This document shows positions 1 to 9,482 of a stretch of DNA of 41,550 nt, in pieces. The DNA is from a virus, in IMG/VR virus record IMGVR_UViG_3300034236_000021; one strand, 5' to 3'. Each line of letters begins with the position of its first letter. Positions within the stretch are counted from its first letter, which is position 1. Below the pieces are notes generated by a model. That model did no database searches. It saw only the letters and a list, made by a program, of their open reading frames with translations, and was not told the origin of the DNA. The translations under genes and the position numbers were made by a program.

Positions 1-127
1 TGATAACTGAGCTGGAGTAGATTACCCATGTCTGGCCATTACTCAGCACAATCTTAAACTTGTCACCTGTTGCACTTGAGCCTGGTGTTAGCCCATTAAT
101 AGTGACGATGCTCCCGGTGTGGGTGAT
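1..127. repeat. Terminal exact overlap, copy 1 (identical to 41424-41550); circular-assembly junction
   Basis: Read directly. tgataactgagctggag...ctcccggtgtgggtgat is present at both window ends, 127/127 identical. Confidence 0.97.
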
Positions 128-550
128 GCTTGGTGTCAGGTTGTTGTACTGCATCGTGACAAAGCCAGCACCTTGGGAGAAGCATGTCTGTAAATAGTTG
201 GCGGGGTTAGCGGTTGGCCACTTCATAGTTGCAGTTAGGTCATCCCAACCAGTAATTACCCGCTGGCTCAGTGTTTCCACGGCATTAAATGACATCTGTG
301 TCGTATTGGGGGTAGCAATATTAGTAATAGCCCCAGATACCTTGGCAGTAGTAGTTTTAATGGGGAGGCAGAAGCCGAGACCAGAAGCTGTAGGTAGTGC
401 TCCAAACGGTAGGCAGTTAATCCCAACTGAACCGACGTAAACATTTGACCACCACTGGTTAGTTGGGATAGCAGTGGTGAAGGCTGCGATTGGCGTGTGC
501 TTTGCCGTAATGTTAGCTACTGATGTGAAATGAGTTGTGTTTGTTGCCAT
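1..550 (-). CDS. GH81 endo-beta-1,3-glucanase, N-terminal part of a gene wrapping the circle junction: complement(join(39760..41550,128..550)), 737 aa
   Basis: ATG at 550-548 is preceded by AGGAAGcgcAGGAttttaat. Hand translation MATNTTHFTSVANITAKHTPIAAFTTAIPTNQWWSNVY... has no stops and runs into ...KFKIVLSNGQTWVIYSSSVI, which is the start of the 39760..41472 track ORF. The frame is continuous (550-127=423 nt). Confidence 0.9.
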   Translation of the reverse strand, partial: MATNTTHFTSVANITAKHTPIAAFTTAIPTNQWWSNVYVGSVGINCLPFGALPTASGLGFCLPIKTTTAKVSGAITNIATPNTTQMSFNAVETLSQRVITGWDDLTATMKWPTANPANYLQTCFSQGAGFVTMQYNNLTPSITHTGSIVTINGLTPGSSATGDKFKIVLSNGQTWVIYSSSVI

Positions 551-551
551 A

Positions 552-1511
552 TTAAAATCCTGCGCTTCCTATAGTAAATGTTCCGCCAAAGTCACCAGGG
601 GTAGGTTCTGCGTACGCTGGCTGGAAGTCTGATGTATCGTAGTCGGGGTCTATCGGTTCGGTATCTACAGGGATAAGGGTTGTAATCAGGTTGCCCGAAT
701 TAGATACGCTTACTTCCCATACACCACCGTCGGGGGCTGTCAGTCGGTTCAGGGGTATTGCTGCTACAGTTGTATCAACATAGTTCTTCGTGGCTGCATC
801 CTGGGCGCTTATAGGCTCGCCAACACCCGTTATGCGCTCTTGGCTCATGAAGAGCTCTTGGTACAGAGTAACTAGAGCTGCATTAAAGTCGAACAGCATC
901 AGGTGACCAGTAAATGCGCCAGTCGTATCAACTTTATCTATAGACAAATAACCTTCGCTTGCAGCTGTGTCATTTATTCCGGCATATACCATTACACCCG
1001 CTTGGTCGCCCATAGTAGAGGCAGTGTTGAGCAAGCGCATACCTGCTCCAGAATATTGGGCGGTGCTCGTGTTCTTTGCACTGTTCATGGCGTAAGCGTA
1101 TATGACGTCTATCAGACCAGTGACTTGGCCGCCGGTTAAGGATAGCTTAGCGGCTATAGCGGCGGCCTGGGCTGTGCTTACCGGCTTGTCTGCATCACTA
1201 GTATCATTCGCACTGCCTAACCCTACTTGGGCTTTAGTAACACTATGAGGGTTAGATGTATTGGCTATATGGGCAGCGGCTGTTGTTAGCGCTGTGTCTA
1301 TTTGAGCGTGAGTGTTAACGCCTATGTTGGTTAGGAGGGTGTGGTTGGTTGTGCCTGGTGGGCCTGTCTCCCCAACCCCGCCAGTAGTAATAGTGGCATC
1401 TACAGTGGAGGACTCCATAACGTTTGACTGGACAACTGAAATAACTGTAGAGCCAGAGGCATCCACGGCATTAGTTATTACGTTTACGTCCAGAGTTGAA
1501 GAGTCCGCCAT
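552..1511 (-). CDS. Tail fibre protein (319 aa)
   Basis: Fibre-type motifs NPHSVTKAQVGLGSANDTSDADKPVSTAQAAAI and ISAQDAATKNYVD. TAATG overlap with the upstream gene. Lies in the fibre cluster. Confidence 0.75.
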   Translation of the reverse strand: MADSSTLDVNVITNAVDASGSTVISVVQSNVMESSTVDATITTGGVGETGPPGTTNHTLLTNIGVNTHAQIDTALTTAAAHIANTSNPHSVTKAQVGLGSANDTSDADKPVSTAQAAAIAAKLSLTGGQVTGLIDVIYAYAMNSAKNTSTAQYSGAGMRLLNTASTMGDQAGVMVYAGINDTAASEGYLSIDKVDTTGAFTGHLMLFDFNAALVTLYQELFMSQERITGVGEPISAQDAATKNYVDTTVAAIPLNRLTAPDGGVWEVSVSNSGNLITTLIPVDTEPIDPDYDTSDFQPAYAEPTPGDFGGTFTIGSAGF

Positions 1512-1861
1512 TAAGACAACCTATTCGTTGGACTGCCATCGAGCTTAATTGTGCCTTCATCTATCTTGTACACAGTTACTCCGTCAGAGGCCACGTCTAC
1601 TTTAATGTCGTAGAAGTACTTGCCAGGAGTACGGGTCGCTGTGTCAGAAGGATTCAGTGTAATGACCGCTACGCCACCAGAGGTGCCGTTTGTAACGTTC
1701 TTTGTGACCACGGCTGTACTGTCGACTGTATCGGAGTCATACTCTGTGGTCTTCATGGTGAACCGCACAGTTGCACCTACTAAGGAAGTAGCGACACCGT
1801 TTACCTTATAGTTCACAGTACGGCTGTAGGTAGTGCCACGGTTTATATTAAGTTTTGCCAT
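1511..1861 (-). CDS. Small Ig-like/beta-sandwich virion-associated protein (116 aa)
   Basis: RBS AAGGAAAG. Pattern RGTTY..V.F.MK...D....ITL.P.DT....G.Y.YDIKV resembles small phage tail/decoration beta-sandwich proteins. The family is not certain. Confidence 0.55.
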   Translation of the reverse strand: MAKLNINRGTTYSRTVNYKVNGVATSLVGATVRFTMKTTEYDSDTVDSTAVVTKNVTNGTSGGVAVITLNPSDTATRTPGKYFYDIKVDVASDGVTVYKIDEGTIKLDGSPTNRLS

Positions 1862-1951
1862 AGTCTTTCCTTATTTCATTGAGGGGCAGCTAGTAAGCCG
1901 TAGCATCCAACGATTGATGCTATCGTGGCCGTTCTCTGTCCGAGTTGTTAA

Positions 1952-2377
1952 CTAAGCTTCGCGAGCCCAAACGCCCTTGATACTGGTAACTGACCAGGCG
2001 GTAGTGGCGCCACCTACGATACTCAGCTCGTCAAGCCCTGCACGGCTAGTAGCCTTGGTGTTAACCAAGTCTTTGTTAGCCGTAGCAGTCCCACCAACGC
2101 CGCCCTGAATCTTGTCAGCAGCAGCGGGGCTAACTGTCAAAGCGACAGAGCCGTTAGAGCCTGTTCCAACAGGGCCGTTAGTTACCTTGGCACCACCATT
2201 CAAGAAGGTGTAGTTGAGGCCTGCGCCTACAGACGGAAGGGTGATAGTTACTGCATCAGCAATAACTTTCTGTACGAACCCACAGTCATCTGCGGTCAGC
2301 GCCTTAGCGCTGTCTACGTCTACAGCCATACGGCCATCAGATAGACGGTAGGCTGCGGTGTTAGCCATGTTAGCCAT
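1952..2377 (-). CDS. Hypothetical head-associated protein (141 aa), possibly decoration/cement
   Basis: Position two genes downstream of the capsid gene. Gly/Ala/Thr-rich. 1-nt overlap with the upstream gene. Confidence 0.5.
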   Translation of the reverse strand: MANMANTAAYRLSDGRMAVDVDSAKALTADDCGFVQKVIADAVTITLPSVGAGLNYTFLNGGAKVTNGPVGTGSNGSVALTVSPAAADKIQGGVGGTATANKDLVNTKATSRAGLDELSIVGGATTAWSVTSIKGVWAREA

Positions 2378-2934
2378 TATTTACTCTCTTTCTTGCTTGA
2401 ACTTGCTTCTTTGCGATCAGCTGAAGGGGTTGCGTCAGTATTTACACCGCCGTTAGCCTCAACGTCACCGCTGTTGTCTGTACCGCGCTCCAAAGTTTTC
2501 TCTGTGGCGGCCAATTGGGCACGTAGCTGAGACTCGGTGGTTGTGTTCAACTCCTGGCTCTCGGCTTCTTTGCGTTTGTCCTGCTCGGCTTCAAGAGCTG
2601 CTAGACGAGCACGTAGGCCCTTCAGCATTTCAGCGTCAGACTCAAGCTTGCGCTCAGGCTGGGCTGCGAACTCGTCGCTGTTCAGGCCAACTTCTTTGAC
2701 GTCACCCTTTTTGACATCGCGTACCCACTCAAAACCAGCACGGACGAATCCGCGTGCTTGAGCATCACCGGTAATGGGGTCAGTTAAGGCTATGATCTCT
2801 TCCTTAGTAGCTGGGTGACGGTATACACCGCCGCTCAGTTCCTGAGAGGAGCCGCCAACTTGTCCTGTGTTACCAGAGACTTCGGGCATCTTTGCTACGC
2901 CTTGTTTAGGGCGTGCTAGTGTTCCTTCTGCCAT
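2377..2934 (-). CDS. Hypothetical head-module protein (185 aa), coiled-coil C-terminal half
   Basis: Follows the capsid gene. Charged coiled-coil segment LKGLRARLAALEAEQDKRKEAE. Confidence 0.55.
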   Translation of the reverse strand: MAEGTLARPKQGVAKMPEVSGNTGQVGGSSQELSGGVYRHPATKEEIIALTDPITGDAQARGFVRAGFEWVRDVKKGDVKEVGLNSDEFAAQPERKLESDAEMLKGLRARLAALEAEQDKRKEAESQELNTTTESQLRAQLAATEKTLERGTDNSGDVEANGGVNTDATPSADRKEASSSKKESK

Positions 2935-2954
2935 TTCATAAATCCTTTCGTTAA

Positions 2955-3803
2955 CTAGGCGATCTTGTGGTAACGGAGTCTAATGCCGCTGTTCGAGGTG
3001 ATGAAGCAGTCGTAGTAGCGGCGACCGAAGCCAACCATTCCATCGATACCAAAGTAATCACCGTCCATAGTCTTAATCTTGTTGAACTTGGTAGGAGCAA
3101 TCAGAACGTCCTTAGCCATCATCAAGAAACCAAAGTTTGCAGGGAGGTAAGTGCTAGGAACGGTATATACGTCCATGCCCATAACTGTGCCAAGCTTACC
3201 GCTAGCCTTGTCGGCTGTTGAACGGTCGGTAGCTTGCTTGAAGGTAGTGTCTAGCCATAGGTAAGCCTCGACTGTCGGCGTAACGAATACGACGATGTTG
3301 CCAAGCTTAACTTTTGCTTCCTGCAAAGCTGCACGCTGGTCAAGAATCTTAGCAAACGTGTTGCTAGATGTCAGAGCGGCTGTTGCACCTTGTGAGTTAG
3401 CAACTGCGTATGCTCCGGCGATTGCTAGGCGGTATGTGTCTACTGTAGGAACAGAGACTTCACGAACCTGACGCTTAACTGCTTCGTTGATTGCTGGAAC
3501 CATCTTGGCGTCTTCTCGGTTACCTCGGTCTATAGAGATAGCGAAAGACTTGTCCTGTGACAGTACGAATGTCTGCACAGCGTTACCAAGCTCTACCAAC
3601 TGTCCGTAACGCATAGTTCCGGAGCGCTGGTAGTCATTCTCTGTTACAACTTCCATCTGGTAGATGGTTACGGCGTTGTTACCGTTGCTGAACTCTAGCT
3701 CAACACCATTGTTGATTACGTCCTTCGTAACTGAATCAAGGTAGACTCGTTCGTCAATCTTGCCCAGTACGTCAGTCGCGTAGTTTTGGCTGTAAGTAGG
3801 CAT
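2955..3803 (-). CDS. Major capsid protein (282 aa)
   Basis: Synteny portal - small protein - scaffold - this gene. RBS AAGAGGA. The size fits an HK97-fold coat protein. No diagnostic motif recognised by eye. Confidence 0.7.
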   Translation of the reverse strand: MPTYSQNYATDVLGKIDERVYLDSVTKDVINNGVELEFSNGNNAVTIYQMEVVTENDYQRSGTMRYGQLVELGNAVQTFVLSQDKSFAISIDRGNREDAKMVPAINEAVKRQVREVSVPTVDTYRLAIAGAYAVANSQGATAALTSSNTFAKILDQRAALQEAKVKLGNIVVFVTPTVEAYLWLDTTFKQATDRSTADKASGKLGTVMGMDVYTVPSTYLPANFGFLMMAKDVLIAPTKFNKIKTMDGDYFGIDGMVGFGRRYYDCFITSNSGIRLRYHKIA

Positions 3804-3820
3804 TGCCTAATCCTCTTCTG

Positions 3821-4630
3821 TTAATCAGACCACAGGGCGAGGAGGGGATCTTGCTTCCCTGTACGGGTCGCACTAGACGATGGGTCGGCCGATGCAAGTT
3901 GCCTCTCAGCTGCTTGCTGGCCTTTTACTTGCCCGTCTATCGCTCCCAACTTCGTTGCGTCTGCATATGATTTGTAAAGTTGGTAAGGCGATACATTGGA
4001 GCCGATAACCTGCCCAGTGTTTGGGTCAAGTACTAAACTGCTGCTTAATATCTGGTCTACTTGTGCTGCCAGCTCCGGGCGGTAATCAGGGTTCGTTGGT
4101 TTGCCTTCGGCATCAAGCTTTGGGTCAAACATAGGAAAGTCCTGTAGCACGCGCTCCGCTTCTGTACGAAGGGTGAGTTGTGTCTCTGCCATCTGCTCGT
4201 TAAACTTGCCGAGTTCTATCTCTTGTCTAAGTGCTTCCACTTTCGCGTCAGTCTCAGACAAGCCTTGCTCAACAAGTTCATCTTTGCTTTGGGGCTGGTA
4301 CACCTGGGAATTTAGCTTCTCGACTTCGGAACGAATCTCATTCCGCCTGGATACTAAGTCCCGTATTTCAGTGTTAAGTTGCTGCTTGCGCTCTTCTGCT
4401 GCGCCTCGCGGCTGTTCCTCGGATTCCGTATCATCGGGCTTTTCCCCTTCGCCTTCTGGCTTCTCGGGTTGCTCTTCTGTTTCTTCTTTGGACTTGGCGT
4501 CTTCTTTCGGTTGGTTATCCCAGACCTCATTGACGTTATTTTCAGCTGCTTCAGGTTGGTTGTTTTCAGCTGTTGATGAGTCAGCGGCGGGAGAATCCTG
4601 CGTGGCTCCCTGATCGTTTACATCTGACAT
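3821..4630 (-). CDS. Scaffolding protein (269 aa)
   Basis: Very acidic, low-complexity N-terminus followed by coiled coil. Lies immediately upstream of the capsid gene. Confidence 0.65.
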   Translation of the reverse strand: MSDVNDQGATQDSPAADSSTAENNQPEAAENNVNEVWDNQPKEDAKSKEETEEQPEKPEGEGEKPDDTESEEQPRGAAEERKQQLNTEIRDLVSRRNEIRSEVEKLNSQVYQPQSKDELVEQGLSETDAKVEALRQEIELGKFNEQMAETQLTLRTEAERVLQDFPMFDPKLDAEGKPTNPDYRPELAAQVDQILSSSLVLDPNTGQVIGSNVSPYQLYKSYADATKLGAIDGQVKGQQAAERQLASADPSSSATRTGKQDPLLALWSD

Positions 4631-4721
4631 GTAGTTCTCCGTTTTTTACGTCGTTAAACACTGACGAGGCGGAAGCTGAGATAAGCTCCGTTGCGGGCTC
4701 AGGGGAAAGCCCACAGCGCAA

Positions 4722-5033
4722 CTAACCTTGCTTGTATGTGGCTTGTAATCCCTCTAAGTACTCCTTCTCGCTAACTAAGTTCTCCTTGGTCATTTGGTTG
4801 GCTAATACTGTTCGGAGGTGTTCTTCAGGCTGGGTAGACACATCACTCGGTATGGATTCGAGCGAGTCGTAAAATGCTATGCGGGCTTCAAAGTGAGCGA
4901 TTAGATCAGTAATCATCGGCATGCCAGCCAAAGCTTTAGCCTTCTCTTCGGACTCCTCGTCCTTCCGGTCTTCGGGTAGCTCTGGCTTGTAGTAAGTACC
5001 GCCATCATTGGGGTAGAGGTTCTCGTCTTGCAT
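4722..5033 (-). CDS. Hypothetical acidic protein (103 aa) between portal and scaffold
   Basis: ORF with a 1-nt overlap to the portal stop. No recognised domain. Confidence 0.55.
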   Translation of the reverse strand: MQDENLYPNDGGTYYKPELPEDRKDEESEEKAKALAGMPMITDLIAHFEARIAFYDSLESIPSDVSTQPEEHLRTVLANQMTKENLVSEKEYLEGLQATYKQG

Positions 5034-6952
5034 TACGCTGGCCCTATCGCATTAATGATTTGCTCTTCAGGAAGATCAGCTGCCAGCATTTGCATGGCCT
5101 GCTGGATGCGTGCCTCGTCATATCCAAGAGCCTGAAGCTCTTGGATAAAGGCTGCGTCCTCTGGGTCTATCTGTGGTTGCTGAGGCATTTGCTCCATGGG
5201 GGGCTGGGACTGTTGGGCGGCCATCTGCTCCTGTTGTGCTGCCTGGGCCTGCATTTGTTGCTGTTGCTGGGCTGCTTGAGCTTCAGCCTGGGCTTGCTGC
5301 TCCGCTTCCATTTGGTCTAGCTCTTCATCGGACAGGGACATGTCTTCGGGGTCTTCAACGCCGGAAGCGGCGACTATCCTGTTCCATGCACCAACGATCT
5401 TTCGTTGCGGGATGATTCCCTGTAGCACGGTAGATTTCTCAAGCCGAGTTAGTAGACCGTCCAGAGCTTCTAGCTGTACGGAGTTGTCCTTCATGCGAGA
5501 AGAGCTAGCGTCTACTTCAAACTTCAGCTTCTGAGTTTCTGTATCAAAGTCGATGCGTACCTTGTTGTCATCGCTTACTGCACCAGGGTTAAGTTCGCGT
5601 ACCTTAGAGGCGGTGGCTTTGTCCAACTGGATTTCCTGTATGCCGGTGCGTTCAGCAAAGTAAAGATTTATAGCCGTCTCAGACCATCGCTCCTTAAAGG
5701 TGGCGTACTGTTTGCTAACAAAGTTGTCATCAACTGATACGTTCTGAGCGAGTTGCTTCACGCCTGAGTCAGTCTTAGAAAATCCAGGGTTGCCTATTTC
5801 TGAGCTGATAGAGGTATCAGGGCTGGAGGCTAAGTTGAGTAACTGAGATTTCATCAGCCCGTAGTTGGCGGCGAACTGAGCAAGTGCGTTGGTGTCACGC
5901 TTTAGTACTTCCCATGAGTTGCCCGGATTAGTACCTAGATCAATAAGGGCGTTTGGTATGAGCTTGGCCTGTGACTTGTTCCAGGTGCCACGCTTAATAG
6001 TCGGAGGCTGGAGACCTAAGGCTTTCTCGAACTGGTACATCTGTAGCTCAGCGTCCATGAGGTTCTGCATAGGTGCGAGTTGCTCAGCAAGTCCCCAGCC
6101 TAATGGGTTAGAGCCGTCTGTATCGGAGTACATGGATATAAGCGGGATGTCACCCCGAGGGTCTTTGTTCTTTTTTGTACGGACAATCTTTTTAGTCTTG
6201 GGATGAAAGGAGAAGAACTCAGAGCCTACACCGCGCTGGAAACAGTGCATGATCTCTACGCCACTAGCTTGGTAGTCCCTAGCTTTCTCGCTCGGGGCTT
6301 GGTCTTCGGAGTTCTTGGCAGTGATTTCTTTCTTGATAGATTCAAGAGCGCTCAAGTCCCACTCTGATACGTACTTCTCTTTACGCTCGGTGGCTTTTTT
6401 CTCCAGCCGTTTCTCACGCTGAATAAGACCTTCTATATCCGAGGTCTGCCACCATGAGCGCATAAAGACGTAGTTCGATGCTAAGTCGGAGTTCTTGCCT
6501 GGCTGATAGAGAACGTCCTTAATGAAGGGGATGGTCATGTCAGGGCCAAAGTAATCACCTCTGAACACAAGCGGTACATATGCCGGTTGTGACCCAAAGG
6601 TGAGTGCTTTCTTTACGACCAACCAATCCTTCTGCAGGAGCGCGAAATCTTCGTTACAGTTCGGTAGGATGATGTTGGTCAAACAAAAACCAGCGACTAA
6701 GGAAAGCCAATCATCGGCGTCGCTGGTTATAGTCCCGCTAGGGAGCTGTTGAATTATTCTCCGAGGAGTTTTGTTGATGATAGCAGAGGTGCTACCGTCA
6801 GTGACTTTAGGGTATGACTTATCCGTGTTGGGATGAGGCTTGTTACGGGCAATCCGGTCGTACTCATCCAGCGGCTCGAACAAAGGAGCCATGTACGCAG
6901 AGCTATCTCGAAGAGCATCGAAAACGTCTTTTTCGTCGAGTTGTGCGGCCAA
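5033..6952 (-). CDS. Portal protein (639 aa) with Gln-rich C-terminal tract and UBA-like end
   Basis: Size and position downstream of terL. The first possible start is TTG at 6952, with an in-frame TGA 10 codons upstream. The C-terminus is AEQQAQAEAQAAQQQQQMQAQAAQQEQ... then LQALGYDEARIQQAMQML. Confidence 0.8.
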   Translation of the reverse strand: MAAQLDEKDVFDALRDSSAYMAPLFEPLDEYDRIARNKPHPNTDKSYPKVTDGSTSAIINKTPRRIIQQLPSGTITSDADDWLSLVAGFCLTNIILPNCNEDFALLQKDWLVVKKALTFGSQPAYVPLVFRGDYFGPDMTIPFIKDVLYQPGKNSDLASNYVFMRSWWQTSDIEGLIQREKRLEKKATERKEKYVSEWDLSALESIKKEITAKNSEDQAPSEKARDYQASGVEIMHCFQRGVGSEFFSFHPKTKKIVRTKKNKDPRGDIPLISMYSDTDGSNPLGWGLAEQLAPMQNLMDAELQMYQFEKALGLQPPTIKRGTWNKSQAKLIPNALIDLGTNPGNSWEVLKRDTNALAQFAANYGLMKSQLLNLASSPDTSISSEIGNPGFSKTDSGVKQLAQNVSVDDNFVSKQYATFKERWSETAINLYFAERTGIQEIQLDKATASKVRELNPGAVSDDNKVRIDFDTETQKLKFEVDASSSRMKDNSVQLEALDGLLTRLEKSTVLQGIIPQRKIVGAWNRIVAASGVEDPEDMSLSDEELDQMEAEQQAQAEAQAAQQQQQMQAQAAQQEQMAAQQSQPPMEQMPQQPQIDPEDAAFIQELQALGYDEARIQQAMQMLAADLPEEQIINAIGPA

Positions 6953-7050
6953 GAGGGAGCCTAGCTGGACAGCACGGGGTGGTCAGTTCGACCAGTGGTC
7001 TGCGATTGCTATTCAGCTACACTGCTAATCTGAGTGGATAATACCATATT
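6953..7050 (-). promoter_or_regulatory. Promoter plus conserved ~80-nt leader, copy A (upstream of portal)
   Basis: Minus strand carries TGgTATTAT (extended -10, 7046-7038). The 5' box TCAGATTAGCAGTGTAGCTGAAT and the 3' box GTGCTgtCCAGCTAGGCtCCCTC-TTG are shared with 30970-31068. Confidence 0.65.
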
Positions 7051-7067
7051 TCTAGCAGAATTAGAAG

Positions 7068-7394
7068 TCAGTTGACCCTTGTTCTTTCCGTCCATGTTTT
7101 GATGACAAGGTAAGACCCATCACCAGTGCTTTTAGGGTACTCAATGCTAAAGGATGGCAAAGACGCCGGGTCTTTATCTTTGACTACCAGTCTACCAGTA
7201 GCTCTTAGCTCGGCCACTTTGGCAGTGAAGTGATCATACTGGGACTTCTCTTCCACCGCGCTATGCACCAGTATGGCTATCCGGTATTGTTTTTGTACGT
7301 CGTTCACATCCTCACCATTGACCTTTCGTATAATTGTTACCGTTGAGCCGAGACTATCTAGCTCTGTTGTCTCTTTTTCTGTTGCGAATCTCAT
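7068..7394 (-). CDS. Hypothetical protein (108 aa)
   Basis: The track ORF 7068..7460 overlaps the terL end. The internal ATG at 7394 has GGAGG 7 nt upstream and sits 1 nt after the terL stop, so the start is trimmed to 7394. Confidence 0.6.
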   Translation of the reverse strand: MRFATEKETTELDSLGSTVTIIRKVNGEDVNDVQKQYRIAILVHSAVEEKSQYDHFTAKVAELRATGRLVVKDKDPASLPSFSIEYPKSTGDGSYLVIKTWTERTRVN

Positions 7395-7395
7395 A

Positions 7396-8733
7396 CTACC
7401 TCCATAAGCTTTGTATGTTACCTGTTGATGCGTCTTCGTCTTCCTCGACTGGAGCAACAAAATTCATAAGGGCATAGCGCAGCATGTCGTAGTCGTGATC
7501 ATCAGCCTTGGTGTCCACATCATCTACCCTAATCTTGTCGTACGGGAGCGAAGGTAGGGTACGGATTATGCTGGTGCACGTGCTAAAGATCTGGAGCTTT
7601 GGTAACCCATCTTTGGCGATACTCAGGTGGTCATGCACCACGGCCAGCCCAGCTTTGCGGTCGTTATTTGCTGGCATCCAAGTAACTTGTTCGTCAATGA
7701 ACATCTGAGCTATGGATTTACCTGTGTTATGGTCGCCTTGCCCGTTCCATATGGCAGGGTCAGCTAGCCCATAATGAATGTCTTCGCCCGCGTCAAATTG
7801 TTTAACTAGCTTGGACTTGCTTGGTATATCTACAAACTCTTCGGTTCGGTACTCACGGTACATGTAGATGCGCTCCGACATAGGGTCTTGAGCAAACCAC
7901 CCGATGCTGTTTTTGTTCCCATAGTCCATCGCCCTCCAACGCTGCCAGTGCTTGGGGATAGCGAACGGGTCGATAACATGCACATCTCTGCGGAACTCCT
8001 TGAACACCTGCCCTGCGAATACATCCCAGTCCCCGTCACGTAGCGCCCGTCTTAACTGGGGGTCGCTAATAGCGGCAAGCTTTCGGGAATAATCCTCTTT
8101 AAACTTCTGGTTAGGATGGTCGTCTACCTTAGCCGGGATAAACACACGGGTCACTGCCTGCCCTCCATCAAGGTTTACTATGTTTATATGTTCAGCAGGT
8201 ACGGGGTCAATAAAACGGGATTTAACCCAGCCATGGCCTATACCCCCAGGGTTTGTACCAGCGATAAACATTACCGGCCAGTCCGGGTTGCTCGTACGGT
8301 TACGAGTCAGCAGATACTCTATCCAAGCCTGCGGGAATTGTGTAAGCTCATCTACACCTATAACCGGCATTTCTGAACCCTGGTAGCGATAGATGTCATT
8401 ATCGTTGTCTAGGTAGTTGAGAATGAGGCTAGAGCCATTAGTCAATATGAACTTACGGTCTTGCCCGTGCCACGTCATGTGTCCGGCTCTAATGTATGCG
8501 CCAAACTGTTTGTTGATCTCAGGTATGATAGTGGCCTTCAGCTCTGGAATAGTGCGCCTAAATAGATTGATGGGTATGCCAGGATGTTCTAAGGCTATAG
8601 TGCCGCTCTCAGCAACTATAGCAGCAGTCTTGCCACCACCTGCTGCCCCGCCGTATAACTTCTCGTCTGCGACAGTAGTGTGAAAAACGGTCTGCCGATC
8701 AGAAGCCGTATAATCGGGCACCTTAATCTGCAT
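7396..8733 (-). CDS. terL: Terminase large subunit (445 aa)
   Basis: Walker A LYGGAAGGGKT. Walker B-like VIGVDELTQF. C-terminal nuclease-type acidic motifs (AMDYG, DDHDYDMLRYAL). Confidence 0.92.
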   Translation of the reverse strand: MQIKVPDYTASDRQTVFHTTVADEKLYGGAAGGGKTAAIVAESGTIALEHPGIPINLFRRTIPELKATIIPEINKQFGAYIRAGHMTWHGQDRKFILTNGSSLILNYLDNDNDIYRYQGSEMPVIGVDELTQFPQAWIEYLLTRNRTSNPDWPVMFIAGTNPGGIGHGWVKSRFIDPVPAEHINIVNLDGGQAVTRVFIPAKVDDHPNQKFKEDYSRKLAAISDPQLRRALRDGDWDVFAGQVFKEFRRDVHVIDPFAIPKHWQRWRAMDYGNKNSIGWFAQDPMSERIYMYREYRTEEFVDIPSKSKLVKQFDAGEDIHYGLADPAIWNGQGDHNTGKSIAQMFIDEQVTWMPANNDRKAGLAVVHDHLSIAKDGLPKLQIFSTCTSIIRTLPSLPYDKIRVDDVDTKADDHDYDMLRYALMNFVAPVEEDEDASTGNIQSLWR

Positions 8734-8742
8734 ATGTGCTGC

Positions 8743-9165
8743 TCACTTTGTATTCTTCGGTCTTGGCACATCGTTAATAAACGCTACGTTGCCAGTAAGC
8801 TTCTGGTCTACTTCACTCTTCTCTATATACCCATGCTTGCCGCTTAGAATTAGCTTGGCTATGGTAGGGTTGTATCTGTTAACGAGGCTATTTTGTATAA
8901 GTTTATAAGCTTGCTTTGACCGTAAATTACTAACGATGTAGGAAAACTGAAGGTGTAGTTCCACGTCTTCAGCGTTATTGTCAGTAGCTTCCGGTACCTT
9001 TTCCCAGTCGTACACAGTGTCCCTGCTGATGTTCAGCTCTAAGGCTAATCCTTCAATTGTTGGTAGCAGAGTTGCTGTCGACACATCAAACTCATCGACG
9101 TGCCTGGCTGCGGCATCTATTAGGGCCTGGCTTAGCTTGGTTGGCCTACCTCCTGCGTGCGCCAC
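8743..9165 (-). CDS. terS: Terminase small subunit (140 aa)
   Basis: N-terminal HTH-like GGRPTKLSQALIDAAARHV. Lies directly upstream of terL. GTG start with AAGGAGG. Confidence 0.75.
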   Translation of the reverse strand: MAHAGGRPTKLSQALIDAAARHVDEFDVSTATLLPTIEGLALELNISRDTVYDWEKVPEATDNNAEDVELHLQFSYIVSNLRSKQAYKLIQNSLVNRYNPTIAKLILSGKHGYIEKSEVDQKLTGNVAFINDVPRPKNTK

Positions 9166-9376
9166 GGTCTACCTCCTTCAATATCTCATCCTCTTTCAGC
9201 TGAGTTAGCTCTACTGGTACTACTTCACAGATCATCTTGCCTCTATTCATGCGTACGATCTTAAAGCTTTGGCGGTCATCTTCTATCTGGAAAGTTAGTA
9301 TCTTACCCTTGCTAGCGAACTCACTTTTAAAGAAGTCCTCGTTTAATTGGTCTGAAATGTCTATACGTTCTGCCAT
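9146..9376 (-). CDS. Hypothetical protein (76 aa)
   Basis: ATG with AAGGAGG. 20-nt overlap with terS. Confidence 0.6.
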   Translation of the reverse strand: MAERIDISDQLNEDFFKSEFASKGKILTFQIEDDRQSFKIVRMNRGKMICEVVPVELTQLKEDEILKEVDRGARRR

Positions 9377-9482
9377 TACTTAGCCTCCTTTAGTGGGGCG
9401 GCCACGCCTATGGAAGTGTCTGATGTGCCGCTCTTTAACGTTAAGCAGGCGTCGCAGTAACAAAACATATAATGGATACTAT

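Noticed and set aside
198-440. 80-aa plus-strand ORF near the window start
   Set aside because: It lies antisense within the junction-spanning GH81 gene, whose frame is open and homologous throughout.
4101-4613. 170-aa and 65-aa plus-strand ORFs antisense to the scaffold gene. Also the plus-strand ORFs inside the portal, terL, the 1345-aa gene, the 387-aa gene and the fibre genes.
   Set aside because: They are Ser/Leu/Cys/Arg-rich mirror images of highly biased minus-strand coding sequence, have no RBSs, and are fully embedded in well-supported genes.
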